Part shown: one piece after another, positions 28,731-38,951 of the stretch
How positions within the stretch are numbered: the stretch's first letter is position 1
How the letters are laid out: each line of letters starts with the position of its first letter
From: Dehalococcoidia bacterium
GTDB lineage: Bacteria; Chloroflexota; Dehalococcoidia; UBA6926
Length of the DNA stretch: 64,000 nt
Assembly (NCBI GenBank): GCA_045562535.1
Contig: JBJKVP010000002.1
Span: forward strand, 2,814-66,813
Direction of reading: 5' to 3'
Notes under the pieces: model-generated
Seen by the model: only the letters and a program-made list of their open reading frames with translations
The model's database searches: none
What the model was told of the DNA's origin: nothing
Made by a program: the position numbers and the translations under genes

Positions 28731-29780
28731 TTGATAATATCAGGTATGAAGGACAAGGTAATGCCGACTGAAAGGCAACAAGAAATACTGAGATTATTAG
28801 TGGATTCTTATATTGACTTGGGAAATCCTATTAGCTCAGGAGGGTTAGTTCGTGGGCATGGACTCGGTATAAGTTCTGCAACTGTTCGGAGTGAATTAGC
28901 TGAACTAGGGGATGCAGGATTTCTTTTTAGACCCCACACATCTTCAGGGATGGTCCCCACTGAACAAGGGTACAGGTATTATGTTGAGTCGCTTCTTCAC
29001 AATGTGGATTTACCGCTAAATCAAAGAGATATGATACGGCATCAATTACATCAAGTTGAATTAGATGAGGATAGGTGGATTAGGTTAGCTGCGGCTATTT
29101 TGTCGAGGAATGTAGCATGTCTTGCTGTCGTGACTCCAATGTATTATCAAGATGTAAAGCTAAGGGATTTAGAAATAGTAAGGATAAGCGATCATCGAGC
29201 TATGCTCGTACAAATATTAGATGGTGGGAGAGTTCAACGTACCCTAGTGCATTTGACAGGGGAAATTATGTGGCCGGAGATCGAATTATTTGTGAAAGAG
29301 ATTTCAATGAGCTATAGGGGCTTAACTTCAGCAGAAATGGAGTCCGCATATCGATTAGCTAAAGATCCGACAGAGACGCAAATTCTGGATGCATCTATTA
29401 ACTTACTGAATCAAGCAAGAGAACAGTATGATGGAGAGCCCGTTTTTTATGGCCTGAGCGAAGTATTAAACCAGCCGGAGTTTTATTCAGATGGTGAGTT
29501 ATTTAGAGATCTTTTAGAAGCCGTAGAAGGCGGGAGCTTAATTGAAGCTCTACGCCCAACTGATATGTCAGCCGGAGAGCTCAGGGTGGTTATAGGTCAC
29601 GAACATTCTGCACAGTTTCTTTATCCGTATGGAGTTGTGTTGTCCTCATATGGAAATATTTCTCAAAGCAGTGGTACCGTTGCCGTTATTGGCCCTACCC
29701 GAATGTCGTACGCTACAGCAATACCGGCTGTTCGGTTTATAGCTAATTTATTAGATGAATTGACGGCTGAACTTCAATAG
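28731..29780 (+). CDS. hrcA: Heat-inducible transcription repressor HrcA (true start may be 28746 or 28761)
   Basis: RQQEILR, SSATVR, PHTSSG, GYRYYV, IGPTRM.Y motifs. Confidence 0.95.
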   Translation: MIISGMKDKVMPTERQQEILRLLVDSYIDLGNPISSGGLVRGHGLGISSATVRSELAELGDAGFLFRPHTSSGMVPTEQGYRYYVESLLHNVDLPLNQRDMIRHQLHQVELDEDRWIRLAAAILSRNVACLAVVTPMYYQDVKLRDLEIVRISDHRAMLVQILDGGRVQRTLVHLTGEIMWPEIELFVKEISMSYRGLTSAEMESAYRLAKDPTETQILDASINLLNQAREQYDGEPVFYGLSEVLNQPEFYSDGELFRDLLEAVEGGSLIEALRPTDMSAGELRVVIGHEHSAQFLYPYGVVLSSYGNISQSSGTVAVIGPTRMSYATAIPAVRFIANLLDELTAELQ

Positions 29781-29821
29781 TAATGAATAATTGGTAAATT
29801 TATAAATATGAGGTAACAAAT

Positions 29822-30367
29822 ATGTCCGATGATAGTGAAAATAAAGACACCGAAGGGTGGACAACTGAACAGTGGGAAGCTGCGTACAAAGAGCAACGTG
29901 AAAAGGCTGAGAGTAATAGATCTGGCTGGATGAGAGCTCAGGCTGATTACCAGAATTATAAAAAACGCATTGAACAGGATAGAAGCGATTTGAATAGGTA
30001 CGCGGTTTCGCCAATACTCTTGCATTGTCTTAGCGTGATAGATGACCTGGAACGTGCGTTTACAGCGTTGCCAGTTGAACTTTCTCAATTAACTTGGGTG
30101 AGCGGGATTGCTTTGATACATAGGAAAATGTATGGAATTTTAGACTCCAATGGGGTTGTAGAGATAGAGGCTGATGGTGAGCAATTTGATCCGAATCTAC
30201 ACGAAGCAATATCTCAGGCACCTGGTGAGGAAGGGAAGATCATTTCTGTAATTCAGAAGGGCTATCAGGTTCAAGATAGAGTTCTCAGGCCAGCATTAGT
30301 TCAAGTAGGTAATGGTGAGTCTTTAGAAGAGCAAGAAGTTACAGAAGAAATTGAAGAAACAAAATAA
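29822..30367 (+). CDS. grpE: Nucleotide exchange factor GrpE
   Basis: RAQADYQNYKKR, FDPNLHEA, QKGY...RVLRPA motifs. Confidence 0.96.
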   Translation: MSDDSENKDTEGWTTEQWEAAYKEQREKAESNRSGWMRAQADYQNYKKRIEQDRSDLNRYAVSPILLHCLSVIDDLERAFTALPVELSQLTWVSGIALIHRKMYGILDSNGVVEIEADGEQFDPNLHEAISQAPGEEGKIISVIQKGYQVQDRVLRPALVQVGNGESLEEQEVTEEIEETK

Positions 30368-30388
30368 TAAGGGGAGAGAAGAAGAATT

Positions 30389-32281
30389 ATGTCTAGAGCA
30401 ATTGGGATTGATTTAGGAACTACCAATAGTGTGGTAGCAGTCATGGAAGGAGGGGAGGCTACGGTTATTCCTACTTCGGAAGGCAATCGACTAACACCAT
30501 CGGTAGTCGCTGTTAATAAAAATAATGAAAGATTGGTTGGATTGGTAGCAAAACGTCAATCTGTGACCAATCCTGATAATACTGTTTTTAGTGTTAAACG
30601 GTTTATGGGGAGAAAATTTGACGACCCAATAGTACAGGGTGATGTGGAGATATCTCCCTATAAGGTTGGTAAGGCAAAAAATGGTGATGTCAGGGTTCAC
30701 ATGGGAGAAGAAGAGTATAGCCCTCAAGAGATTTCAGCGATGGTTTTGCAGAAATTGAAAGCTGAGGCGGAAGCGTATCTAGGAGAAGAGGTTACAGAAG
30801 CAGTTGTTACAGTTCCAGCATATTTTAATGATTCACAGCGCCAGGCGACTAAAGATGCTGGGACCATTGCGGGGCTAGATGTTCTTCGAATTATTAATGA
30901 GCCGACGGCATCCTCCTTAGCTTATGGTTTGGATAAAGAGAAAGAAGAAGTAGTTGCTGTTTTTGATTTAGGAGGAGGAACATTTGATATTTCTGTCTTA
31001 GAGATAGGAGATGGAACTTTCCAAGTTCGTTCTACGGCGGGTGATACTCACCTCGGAGGTGACGATTTTGATAATGTTATTGTTGATTGGATGAAAGAAG
31101 AATTTAATAAACAGGAAGGTATTGATTTAGGTCAAGATCGGTCAGCAACCCAACGTCTAAGAGAAGCTGCGGAACGAGCTAAACAAGAACTTTCCACTGT
31201 TGCTCAAACAGAACTTAATTTACCTTTTATTACAGCTGATGCGTCAGGACCTAAACATCTTACGATGACATTGACCAGATCCAATCTAGAACAATTGGTA
31301 GAAAAACTTGTTGCGAGAACGGAAGGCCCATGCTTACAGGCTATTGAAGATGCAGGATTAACCAGTGATAAAATTGATGAGGTTATCCTAGTTGGTGGTC
31401 AGTCCAGAATGCCAAGAATTCAAGAGAAGGTTAAGGAAATTTTTGGTAAGGAGCCTAACAGAACAGTTAATCCAGATGAAGCAGTTTCTCTGGGAGCTGC
31501 GATTCAAGCAGGTGTTCTAACTGGTGATGTTCAAGAGGTCTTGCTCCTAGATGTGACACCGCTGACTCTGGGTATAGAGACTTTAGGCAGTGTTTCTACT
31601 TCTATAATACCCAGAAACACAACTATTCCTACTGCGAAAAGCCAAGTTTTCTCTACGGCTGCAGATGGTCAAACAAGTGTGGAGATTCATGTTCTACAGG
31701 GTGAGCGGGCAATGGCTACAGATAATAAATCATTAGGTAGATTTATTTTAGATGGCATTGCACCTTCTCCTCGTGGATTACCACAAATAGAAGTAACTTT
31801 TGATATCGATGCAAATGGGATATTAAATGTGAGTGCAGTTGATAAGGCTACTTCGAGAGAGCAGAAAATTGTTATACAGGCAGGTAGTGGATTAACACCT
31901 GAAGAAATTGAAAAGATGGCACAAGACGCCGAGTTAAATGCTACAGAAGATGCCGAAAAACGTGCAAACGTAGAAGTTCGTAATCAGGCAGATACCGCTA
32001 CATTTGCAGCCGAAAAAACCTTAGAGGAGCATTCAGAACACGTAACAGATGAGATGAAGGTTCAAATTGAAGAAAAAATTAAAGAGATTAGAGAAGGGTT
32101 AACGCAGGATATTCCTTCTGAAACACTCTCTAGTTTGACTCAAGAATTATCTGTCTTATTACAAACTATTGGCGAAGCGGTTTATCAATCAACTGCTGAA
32201 GAAGGAACAGAAGTTCCCAATTCAGCTGAAGGTGAAGATGGTGAACCAGAAGTCGTAGAGGGAGAATTTAAAGAGGTATAA
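30389..32281 (+). CDS. dnaK: Chaperone DnaK
   Basis: [25 protein letters not shown] motifs. Confidence 0.99.
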   Translation: MSRAIGIDLGTTNSVVAVMEGGEATVIPTSEGNRLTPSVVAVNKNNERLVGLVAKRQSVTNPDNTVFSVKRFMGRKFDDPIVQGDVEISPYKVGKAKNGDVRVHMGEEEYSPQEISAMVLQKLKAEAEAYLGEEVTEAVVTVPAYFNDSQRQATKDAGTIAGLDVLRIINEPTASSLAYGLDKEKEEVVAVFDLGGGTFDISVLEIGDGTFQVRSTAGDTHLGGDDFDNVIVDWMKEEFNKQEGIDLGQDRSATQRLREAAERAKQELSTVAQTELNLPFITADASGPKHLTMTLTRSNLEQLVEKLVARTEGPCLQAIEDAGLTSDKIDEVILVGGQSRMPRIQEKVKEIFGKEPNRTVNPDEAVSLGAAIQAGVLTGDVQEVLLLDVTPLTLGIETLGSVSTSIIPRNTTIPTAKSQVFSTAADGQTSVEIHVLQGERAMATDNKSLGRFILDGIAPSPRGLPQIEVTFDIDANGILNVSAVDKATSREQKIVIQAGSGLTPEEIEKMAQDAELNATEDAEKRANVEVRNQADTATFAAEKTLEEHSEHVTDEMKVQIEEKIKEIREGLTQDIPSETLSSLTQELSVLLQTIGEAVYQSTAEEGTEVPNSAEGEDGEPEVVEGEFKEV

Positions 32282-32314
32282 CTAGGTATTCCAGATAAGA
32301 TTGCGAGGCATTTT

Positions 32315-33304
32315 TTGGTTGGTGAAGATACGAAACGATTGATTGGGCGTCTTTTAGATGGCGATTTTAATGCTGTACCTCGCCTTATAACTCTGGTTGA
32401 AAAAGGCTCCGAAGATGTGCCAATAATAATGGAATCCTTGCCAAGTGATCGACTTGGCAAAGCCAAAAAAATCGGTATTACTGGTCCGCCGGGAGCCGGT
32501 AAAAGCACTTTGGTCGAAAGTATTACCTCTCATATGAGACAGGATAAATTGAAAGTAGGCATACTGGTTATAGACCCTTCGAGTCCCTTTACGGGAGGTG
32601 CTATTCTTGGCGATCGCGTTCGAATGTCTGATCACTACTTGGATCAAGAGGTATTTATACGTAGTATTGCAACCAGAGGAGCCTCTGGTGGGCTTTCAGA
32701 GGTAGTTCCAAGAGCCATAAAAATTCTTGATGCTGCTGGCGTTGACATTATCTTGCTTGAAACTGCCGGGGTTGGACAAACTGAATTAGATGTTAAAGAT
32801 GTGGTGGACACTGTAACGGTTGTTTTAGTGCCAGAGGCAGGAGATGCTATTCAGACAATGAAAGCGGGTTTAATGGAAATCGCTGATATTTTTGTTGTTA
32901 ATAAAGCTGATCGTTCAGGTTCTAAGAGAATGGCATCTGATTTAAGTATGAGCGTACATCTAGGCTCAAAAAACGATTGGTGGGACACTCCCGTGTTATT
33001 AACGCAAGCTCATAGAGGTATTGGTGTTAAGGAACTCATCGATGCATTTAACGGGCATAGAAAGATAATGGAAGATACGGATAATCTTGATAAAATTAGG
33101 ACGATACAGCGTAGAAGAGAACTTGAAATGACTATTCGTGGGCAGATTTTTTCCAGAATAAAGCATTCTGCATCGTTTTCACCGAAATTAACAGATATTA
33201 TTGATCAAGTTGATACAGGGAAGATGGACCCTACGGTTGCGGCTAATGCACTGCTTACAGATCAAAATTTGTTGGCAGAATGGTTGAAACCAAGCGGCGA
33301 TTAA
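32315..33304 (+). CDS. meaB: MeaB/ArgK family GTPase (B12-mutase chaperone)
   Basis: GPPGAGKS, DPSSPFTGGAILGDRVRM, ETAGVGQ, VNKAD motifs. Confidence 0.93.
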   Translation: MVGEDTKRLIGRLLDGDFNAVPRLITLVEKGSEDVPIIMESLPSDRLGKAKKIGITGPPGAGKSTLVESITSHMRQDKLKVGILVIDPSSPFTGGAILGDRVRMSDHYLDQEVFIRSIATRGASGGLSEVVPRAIKILDAAGVDIILLETAGVGQTELDVKDVVDTVTVVLVPEAGDAIQTMKAGLMEIADIFVVNKADRSGSKRMASDLSMSVHLGSKNDWWDTPVLLTQAHRGIGVKELIDAFNGHRKIMEDTDNLDKIRTIQRRRELEMTIRGQIFSRIKHSASFSPKLTDIIDQVDTGKMDPTVAANALLTDQNLLAEWLKPSGD

Positions 33305-33368
33305 TTAAATCTACTTCTGATGGTAAAAAAGCTTAACTTTATGAGAAAAATACAGATAGAATAGACAT

Positions 33369-34508
33369 ATGACTACAAAACGTGACTTTTACGATGTACT
33401 GGGTATAAATAAGAATGCCTCTGATGAAGAGATTAAGAAAGCTTATAGAAAACTTGCATTCGAACATCACCCTGATCGCGATAAATCAGAGGGAGCTGAT
33501 GGTAGGTTTAAGGAAATTAACGAAGCTTACGAAATTTTACGTGATAATGATAAGCGTGCTGCGTACGACAGATTTGGTCATGCAGGGGTTGGAGGAGAAC
33601 CAACAGGAGCGAGAGGCTTTGAAGGGTTTTCTGGTTTTGGCGGATTCGGGGATATTTTCGATGCCTTTTTTAGTGGGGCCAATGGAACAGGTGGAGGACG
33701 CCCGAGTAAAGAACGAGGAACAGATTTACTTATTGAAATGAAGCTTACCTTTGATGAGGCGATGCAAGGGGTCGAAAGAGAAGTGCGGTTCCAGCGTAGC
33801 GAGACTTGCGATAGTTGCAGAGGCTCTGGGGGTGAACCGAATACTGAACCAGAAATCTGTTCCAGTTGTAAGGGGACCGGAGAAGTACGAAGAACACAGC
33901 AGAATTTGTTCGGACAATATGTAAATATAAGTGCTTGCTCGAAATGTAGCGGTGAAGGCAGAGTAATCACTAAACCTTGCTCTAGCTGTAAGGGGAACCG
34001 GAGACTTAAGAAGCAACGGAATATTAGAGTAGTGGTACCTGCAGGCGTTGATAATGGTAATAGAGTAAGAATGAACGGTGAAGGAGAAAGTGGCCGAAGA
34101 AGCGGCCCCCCAGGAGATTTGTACATTGAACTCAACGTCGCTCCTAGTCCGATATTTGAGAGAGAAGGTCTGAATCTTTTCTTAAGGTTGCCTATTAACC
34201 TGGCGCAGGCTTCTCTGGGTGGTGAAATTAAGGTTCCCACTTTAGATGGAGAAGAAAATTTTAAGATTCCATCTGGTGTTCAATCTGGCCAAGTGTTTCG
34301 TTTGAAAGGCAAAGGATCAGCAGATATTCATAATAAAAAAATGAAGGGTGATTTGGTTCTTATAGCAGATGTAGTGGTTCCTAAAAAATTAAATAAAGAC
34401 CAAAAAGAACTTCTCGAAAAATTTAAAGATACTTTACCAAGTGAGATTGATTTTGTTAATAAAGCTGAAACCAAGAGCTTTTTTGATCGTTTAAGGCTTA
34501 ATTTTTAA
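33369..34508 (+). CDS. dnaJ: Chaperone DnaJ
   Basis: HPD J-domain, G/F region, four CxxCxGxG-type repeats. Confidence 0.98.
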   Translation: MTTKRDFYDVLGINKNASDEEIKKAYRKLAFEHHPDRDKSEGADGRFKEINEAYEILRDNDKRAAYDRFGHAGVGGEPTGARGFEGFSGFGGFGDIFDAFFSGANGTGGGRPSKERGTDLLIEMKLTFDEAMQGVEREVRFQRSETCDSCRGSGGEPNTEPEICSSCKGTGEVRRTQQNLFGQYVNISACSKCSGEGRVITKPCSSCKGNRRLKKQRNIRVVVPAGVDNGNRVRMNGEGESGRRSGPPGDLYIELNVAPSPIFEREGLNLFLRLPINLAQASLGGEIKVPTLDGEENFKIPSGVQSGQVFRLKGKGSADIHNKKMKGDLVLIADVVVPKKLNKDQKELLEKFKDTLPSEIDFVNKAETKSFFDRLRLNF

Positions 34509-34526
34509 CTATACTCGAAAACACGT

Positions 34527-35786
34527 TTAGCTATTTGGTTTTGCATTGTTTGTTAATAATGGTTCTTTTGAAATCAATACTGTGAATGACCCTAGCATGA
34601 AAGCAAATATTATGAGTACGAAAGCTGGGGCATAAGTTTGATACACATCATATCCGTAACCTACTAATACTGGTGCCAAAGCAGTAGATAATGTTGTCAT
34701 GGGGTGTGCTATTCCATTAATGGAACCAATATTTGCTCTACCAAAATATTTCGCCCATAGAAATTGGCTCAAAGGGATTGTACCGCCAAAACCGAAGCCG
34801 TACAGGAAGAATGCCCAGAATAGTACTACTATATTTAGATTACTTGATGTGGTTAACATCAATCCAACACCTATCGAACAGAGAGAATATGCTAAGAACA
34901 CTAGCTTTCTCGGGTCAAATTTTTGCAGAGTATATCCCCAAAGAAACTTTCCAGTTAGGTTTCCTATACCATTGACTGTTAGAGCGGCTGCAGCTGTAGT
35001 TCTAGAAAATCCGGCTTCCACCGTGAACGGTATGGCATGGATTAACACAGATATTAACGCACCCATTATTAATCCAAATCCAAAAACCAGTGACCAAAAA
35101 GATTTTGTTCGTATTGCTTCAGAAGCCGTTAATGAATTTGGTTCCAACGGCTTACCGTTAGTACCATTAGAAATTGTGTTTATCGATATATTTCCGTCTG
35201 GTTCTAGCCCGTAGTCTTCTGGACTACGCCTCATAATAAAAGCAATTGGAATCAAAAGAACGACCACAGAAATTCCGAGAGTGTTATAACCTACACGCCA
35301 ACCAAAAGAATCTACAACAAATGTCATTAAAAATGGTGTAATCAAGCCGGCAAGCGATATCCCGATGGATCCCAATGATAGAGCCCATCCTCTACGAGCT
35401 ATAAACCATTTACTGATTGTTGCGTTAATGACCATAGGACCAAAAAAATTCCAGCCTAAAAACCCGGCAATTGAATATAGAATAAGGAACACAAAAAGGT
35501 TAGATTGTATAGAAAGCAAGAAAAGGCAAATTCCGCTAACACCTGCGCCCAGTAGTATTAAAGGTCTCGGGCCTTTTGTATCAACGACTTTTCCAGCTAT
35601 TATGGCAGAGATAGCACCCGCTCCAACCGCCAACGAGGAACCTAGCGTAAATTCCCAAACTTTCCATCCCAAATCAGCAATCACTGGCTTCATAAATACG
35701 CCGATAACCGCCTGCCCGACGCTCATGGAGGCAAATTGGCATACTATTGCAGCTAGAACTATCCACCAGCCGTAATAAAATTTCAT
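34527..35786 (-). CDS. MFS transporter (OFA/MCT-like)
   Basis: About 12 TM segments, YYGWWIV start, KWF..RRG.A, PEDYGL.PDG. Confidence 0.9.
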   Translation of the reverse strand: MKFYYGWWIVLAAIVCQFASMSVGQAVIGVFMKPVIADLGWKVWEFTLGSSLAVGAGAISAIIAGKVVDTKGPRPLILLGAGVSGICLFLLSIQSNLFVFLILYSIAGFLGWNFFGPMVINATISKWFIARRGWALSLGSIGISLAGLITPFLMTFVVDSFGWRVGYNTLGISVVVLLIPIAFIMRRSPEDYGLEPDGNISINTISNGTNGKPLEPNSLTASEAIRTKSFWSLVFGFGLIMGALISVLIHAIPFTVEAGFSRTTAAAALTVNGIGNLTGKFLWGYTLQKFDPRKLVFLAYSLCSIGVGLMLTTSSNLNIVVLFWAFFLYGFGFGGTIPLSQFLWAKYFGRANIGSINGIAHPMTTLSTALAPVLVGYGYDVYQTYAPAFVLIIFAFMLGSFTVLISKEPLLTNNAKPNS

Positions 35787-35830
35787 GGTACTACTTCATA
35801 GTAATAGTAGTTTAAATATGAGCAATCATC

Positions 35831-36967
35831 TCACCATTGTACAAACATAGGCATTACAACATGGAGATATTCTCCACCATCATTTGCCAAAGGTTTAATA
35901 GTTCCAGGACTGGAAGGACTACTTGTTTCAAGAGTAACCTTTCCATTTAATGAGCTTAGTACGTCCACTAGGTAGCGACTATTAAATGCTATTTGCGATT
36001 CTTCACCTTCAACGATGGCATCAATATCAGCTTCGTTTTCCCCTACTTCATCAGAGCGGGCTGCAAGCCTCAGTGTTCCGGCCTGATCACCTTCTCCGGG
36101 ATTAACATAGAGCCTGACAATACCATTACCATCACGTGCAAACACTGCCGCTGTCCTTGTAGCTCTCAGGAAGTCTCCGACTTCGATAGTAGCTTTGGTT
36201 TGATAGTTTTCTGGTATTAATTGATTATAGTTTGGAAAAGTTCCTTGGAGTAATTGGGATATTACCTCAGTTTCTTTGAGCCTAAAAAGGATCTGGTTTT
36301 TTTCGGGACTTATCATAATTGATACTGGGTCTTCTTGTTCTGCAAGTAGTCTTTCTACTTCCCGTAGAGATCTTGCAGGTATTATTAAATCAGTGTTTTG
36401 ATCTAAGGTTGCGTCGAGATCTATTTTTTGTACTGCAAGCCTGAATCCATCCGCTGCTGCCATAGTCATTTCCTTGTTGCTAAAAGCAGTATGGATACCC
36501 GTTAGTACTGGTCTTGCGTCATCTGTAGCAGCAGCAAACGAAACACGTTCTATGCATAGGCGTAATTTTTCTGCTGGTATTTGTAAGTTTATCCCGTCTT
36601 CTAGATTTGGAGTAACAGGGAAATCATCTGCACTTTGCCCGGTAAGTTTAGCGTTGACCCGGCCTGAACTTAATTCAAGTTGCTTTGTCGCACTTGATAG
36701 TTCCATTGACACAAGGTCTGGCTGCAGCGATGTAACAAATTCTGTTAGGAGTCTAGCAGGAACGGCAATTGACCCCTCAGAGGTTACTTCAGCATCGATC
36801 TGACAAGAAATTGAAATTTCGAGGTTCGTTGCTGATAGTTCAAGCGAAGAACTTCCTGCTTTGAGAAGTACATGGGTTGTGATTGGCAGCGTTGATCTTG
36901 TCGCCACAGCTCTACCTACCACCGCTAAACTGCGCGCTAATTTATCCTGTGCAACACTTAGCTTCAT
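35831..36967 (-). CDS. dnaN: DNA polymerase III beta clamp
   Basis: ATNLEI, DGFRLA, G.FPNY, VVMPM motifs; ATG 36967 follows GGTGGAG. Confidence 0.96.
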   Translation of the reverse strand: MKLSVAQDKLARSLAVVGRAVATRSTLPITTHVLLKAGSSSLELSATNLEISISCQIDAEVTSEGSIAVPARLLTEFVTSLQPDLVSMELSSATKQLELSSGRVNAKLTGQSADDFPVTPNLEDGINLQIPAEKLRLCIERVSFAAATDDARPVLTGIHTAFSNKEMTMAAADGFRLAVQKIDLDATLDQNTDLIIPARSLREVERLLAEQEDPVSIMISPEKNQILFRLKETEVISQLLQGTFPNYNQLIPENYQTKATIEVGDFLRATRTAAVFARDGNGIVRLYVNPGEGDQAGTLRLAARSDEVGENEADIDAIVEGEESQIAFNSRYLVDVLSSLNGKVTLETSSPSSPGTIKPLANDGGEYLHVVMPMFVQW

Positions 36968-37197
36968 TTTATTCTCCACCTAAACATTTATTACTTTCTA
37001 GCAGTCTACATCATCATCAATAATGGATAAATAGACTAGATATCGGATTTTATAGACGTTCCGAATACCAGCTAGTGTAATTTTATTGTAATTAAGCAAT
37101 TTATGCTACTTCTCTAATAGATTTCTATTTATACGAAGTATACAATCCGAGGAGATGGTGATTGGAATTAAAAACTAGTTTATTGTGGAGGGTGACT

Positions 37198-38097
37198 ATG
37201 AAACTTGTAATGTACAATGATTTTCGACCTGGAATACTCGCTGACGATCGCGTTATTGGGATGGCGGGCATCGCGGATGAATATATGGGAACCAACCCTG
37301 AAGACGTAATGATAAATATCATCGAGGATTTCGCTTCAGTTAGAGACGAGTTACTTGATCTTGAAGAAACAGCGGAAGGAGTACCTGTTGAATCTGTTAG
37401 GTTGCGTGCTCCTATGCCAAGACCCCGAAAACTATTATGCTGTTTCGGTAATTATAGAGAAGGTCAAGACCGCGATATTTTCCCTGTAGATATGTTTTTG
37501 AAGTCTCCGGAGGCCGTAATTGGTCCTGGTGACAAGGTAGTTTTACCAAAAGTAGATTTTAGAATTTGCCATCACGAAGCAGAACTTGCTCTTGTTATTG
37601 GAAAGCGTTCAAAAGACCTTAGCCAGGATGAAGCGATGGGTGCAATATTTGGTTACACGGCGTTTATGGATGTTTCTCCTAGAGGTGGCGTTGGGCGAAA
37701 TCCGGGAATGACAATGATAAGTAAGTCGTTTGATACCTGTGCTCCTATGGGGCCTTGTATTGTAACGGCAGACGAAATTCAAAACCCTCACGATCTTTCT
37801 ATAAAATACTGGGTTGGGGATCAAGAGCGTCATGATTATAGTACATCTGACCTAGAACATACCTTACCTGAGATTATTGAGTGGGCTACCACAGTGATGA
37901 CCCTCGTTCCAGGAGATGTAATAGCGATTGGGACCAATCACCAGGGAATAGGTCCCTTGCAAGATGGAGAAACAGGGAAAATAGAAATAGAAGGAATAGG
38001 AAGTTTTGACATTAAAGTAGAAGATCCGCTTAAGCGGGAATGGCCTGTTGAAATAGATCAAGAAATGGCAACAATGGTTAGGGAAGCACGTCCTTAA
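37198..38097 (+). CDS. Fumarylacetoacetate hydrolase family protein
   Basis: FLKSP, HEAELA.VIG, KSFDT..P.GP, PGDVI..GT motifs. Confidence 0.92.
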   Translation: MKLVMYNDFRPGILADDRVIGMAGIADEYMGTNPEDVMINIIEDFASVRDELLDLEETAEGVPVESVRLRAPMPRPRKLLCCFGNYREGQDRDIFPVDMFLKSPEAVIGPGDKVVLPKVDFRICHHEAELALVIGKRSKDLSQDEAMGAIFGYTAFMDVSPRGGVGRNPGMTMISKSFDTCAPMGPCIVTADEIQNPHDLSIKYWVGDQERHDYSTSDLEHTLPEIIEWATTVMTLVPGDVIAIGTNHQGIGPLQDGETGKIEIEGIGSFDIKVEDPLKREWPVEIDQEMATMVREARP

Positions 38098-38135
38098 AAT
38101 AAGACAATTACAGATAACTGTTATAGGGGGATACA

Positions 38136-38951
38136 ATGCCGCACGCTTCAGTAAATGGTATTAGTATATTTTATGAAATAATCGGGAATAGTGATTATCC
38201 TACACTAGTGATGACACATGGGCTTGGAGGCCATGGAAGAGCCTACGAAAATCTAATCCCAGAATTTTCTAAACGATATAAATTATTATTGTGGGATATG
38301 CGAGGGCACGGTCAATCCGATAGACCTAAGGCAGAAGATGGTGTTTACACGCGAGATCAACATGCTAGCGACCTTGCGGGGCTACTAGATTCTTTGGGTA
38401 TAGATCAAGCACATATACACGGCCACTCTTTGGGAGGGCTTGTGGCTCAGCAATTTGTAATATCTTATCCGGAAAAAACAAAATCTTTGATTATTCAAGA
38501 TTCTTCTGCAGAAATCAAAGAAGAGTATGTAGCCGGATGGGATGATCGTATCCAGAACGTTTTAGATCTGGGGCTCGAAGGGATTCCGGTGGATTATACT
38601 CGAGGATGGGGTAAAAAATTCAGTGATTCTAATAAGGAATATATTGATGCAAGACATCTGGAATCTGTGCAACGTAATGATCTATTTGTTTATGTTGAGG
38701 ATATGAGAATTTCGGGGACTGATCTTTATGCAGAACCTCTTGCACCGCAACTTCCAGATATAAAGTGTCCTGTTTTGATTATTTGTGGTGAGGAAGACGG
38801 GACTACTCCGCCAGGAGGGCACGTTAGAATGCATAGGGCAATCAATAATTCGGAGTTAGTTATAATTCCCTTTGCCGGGCATTTTCCAAACGTTGAAACC
38901 CAGGAAGAATATTCAACGGCAATATTATCGTTCTTAGATAAAATTAATTGA
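38136..38951 (+). CDS. Alpha/beta fold hydrolase
   Basis: HG, DMRGHGQS, GHSLGG nucleophile elbow, GEED, GHF. Confidence 0.92.
   Translation: MPHASVNGISIFYEIIGNSDYPTLVMTHGLGGHGRAYENLIPEFSKRYKLLLWDMRGHGQSDRPKAEDGVYTRDQHASDLAGLLDSLGIDQAHIHGHSLGGLVAQQFVISYPEKTKSLIIQDSSAEIKEEYVAGWDDRIQNVLDLGLEGIPVDYTRGWGKKFSDSNKEYIDARHLESVQRNDLFVYVEDMRISGTDLYAEPLAPQLPDIKCPVLIICGEEDGTTPPGGHVRMHRAINNSELVIIPFAGHFPNVETQEEYSTAILSFLDKIN

Noticed and set aside
33578-35775. Long antisense ORFs inside dnaJ and the MFS gene, and similar short shadow ORFs elsewhere
   Set aside because: They lie fully opposite well-supported genes and have no motifs of their own.
36980-37160. oriC upstream of dnaN
   Set aside because: AT-rich, but no convincing cluster of DnaA boxes.
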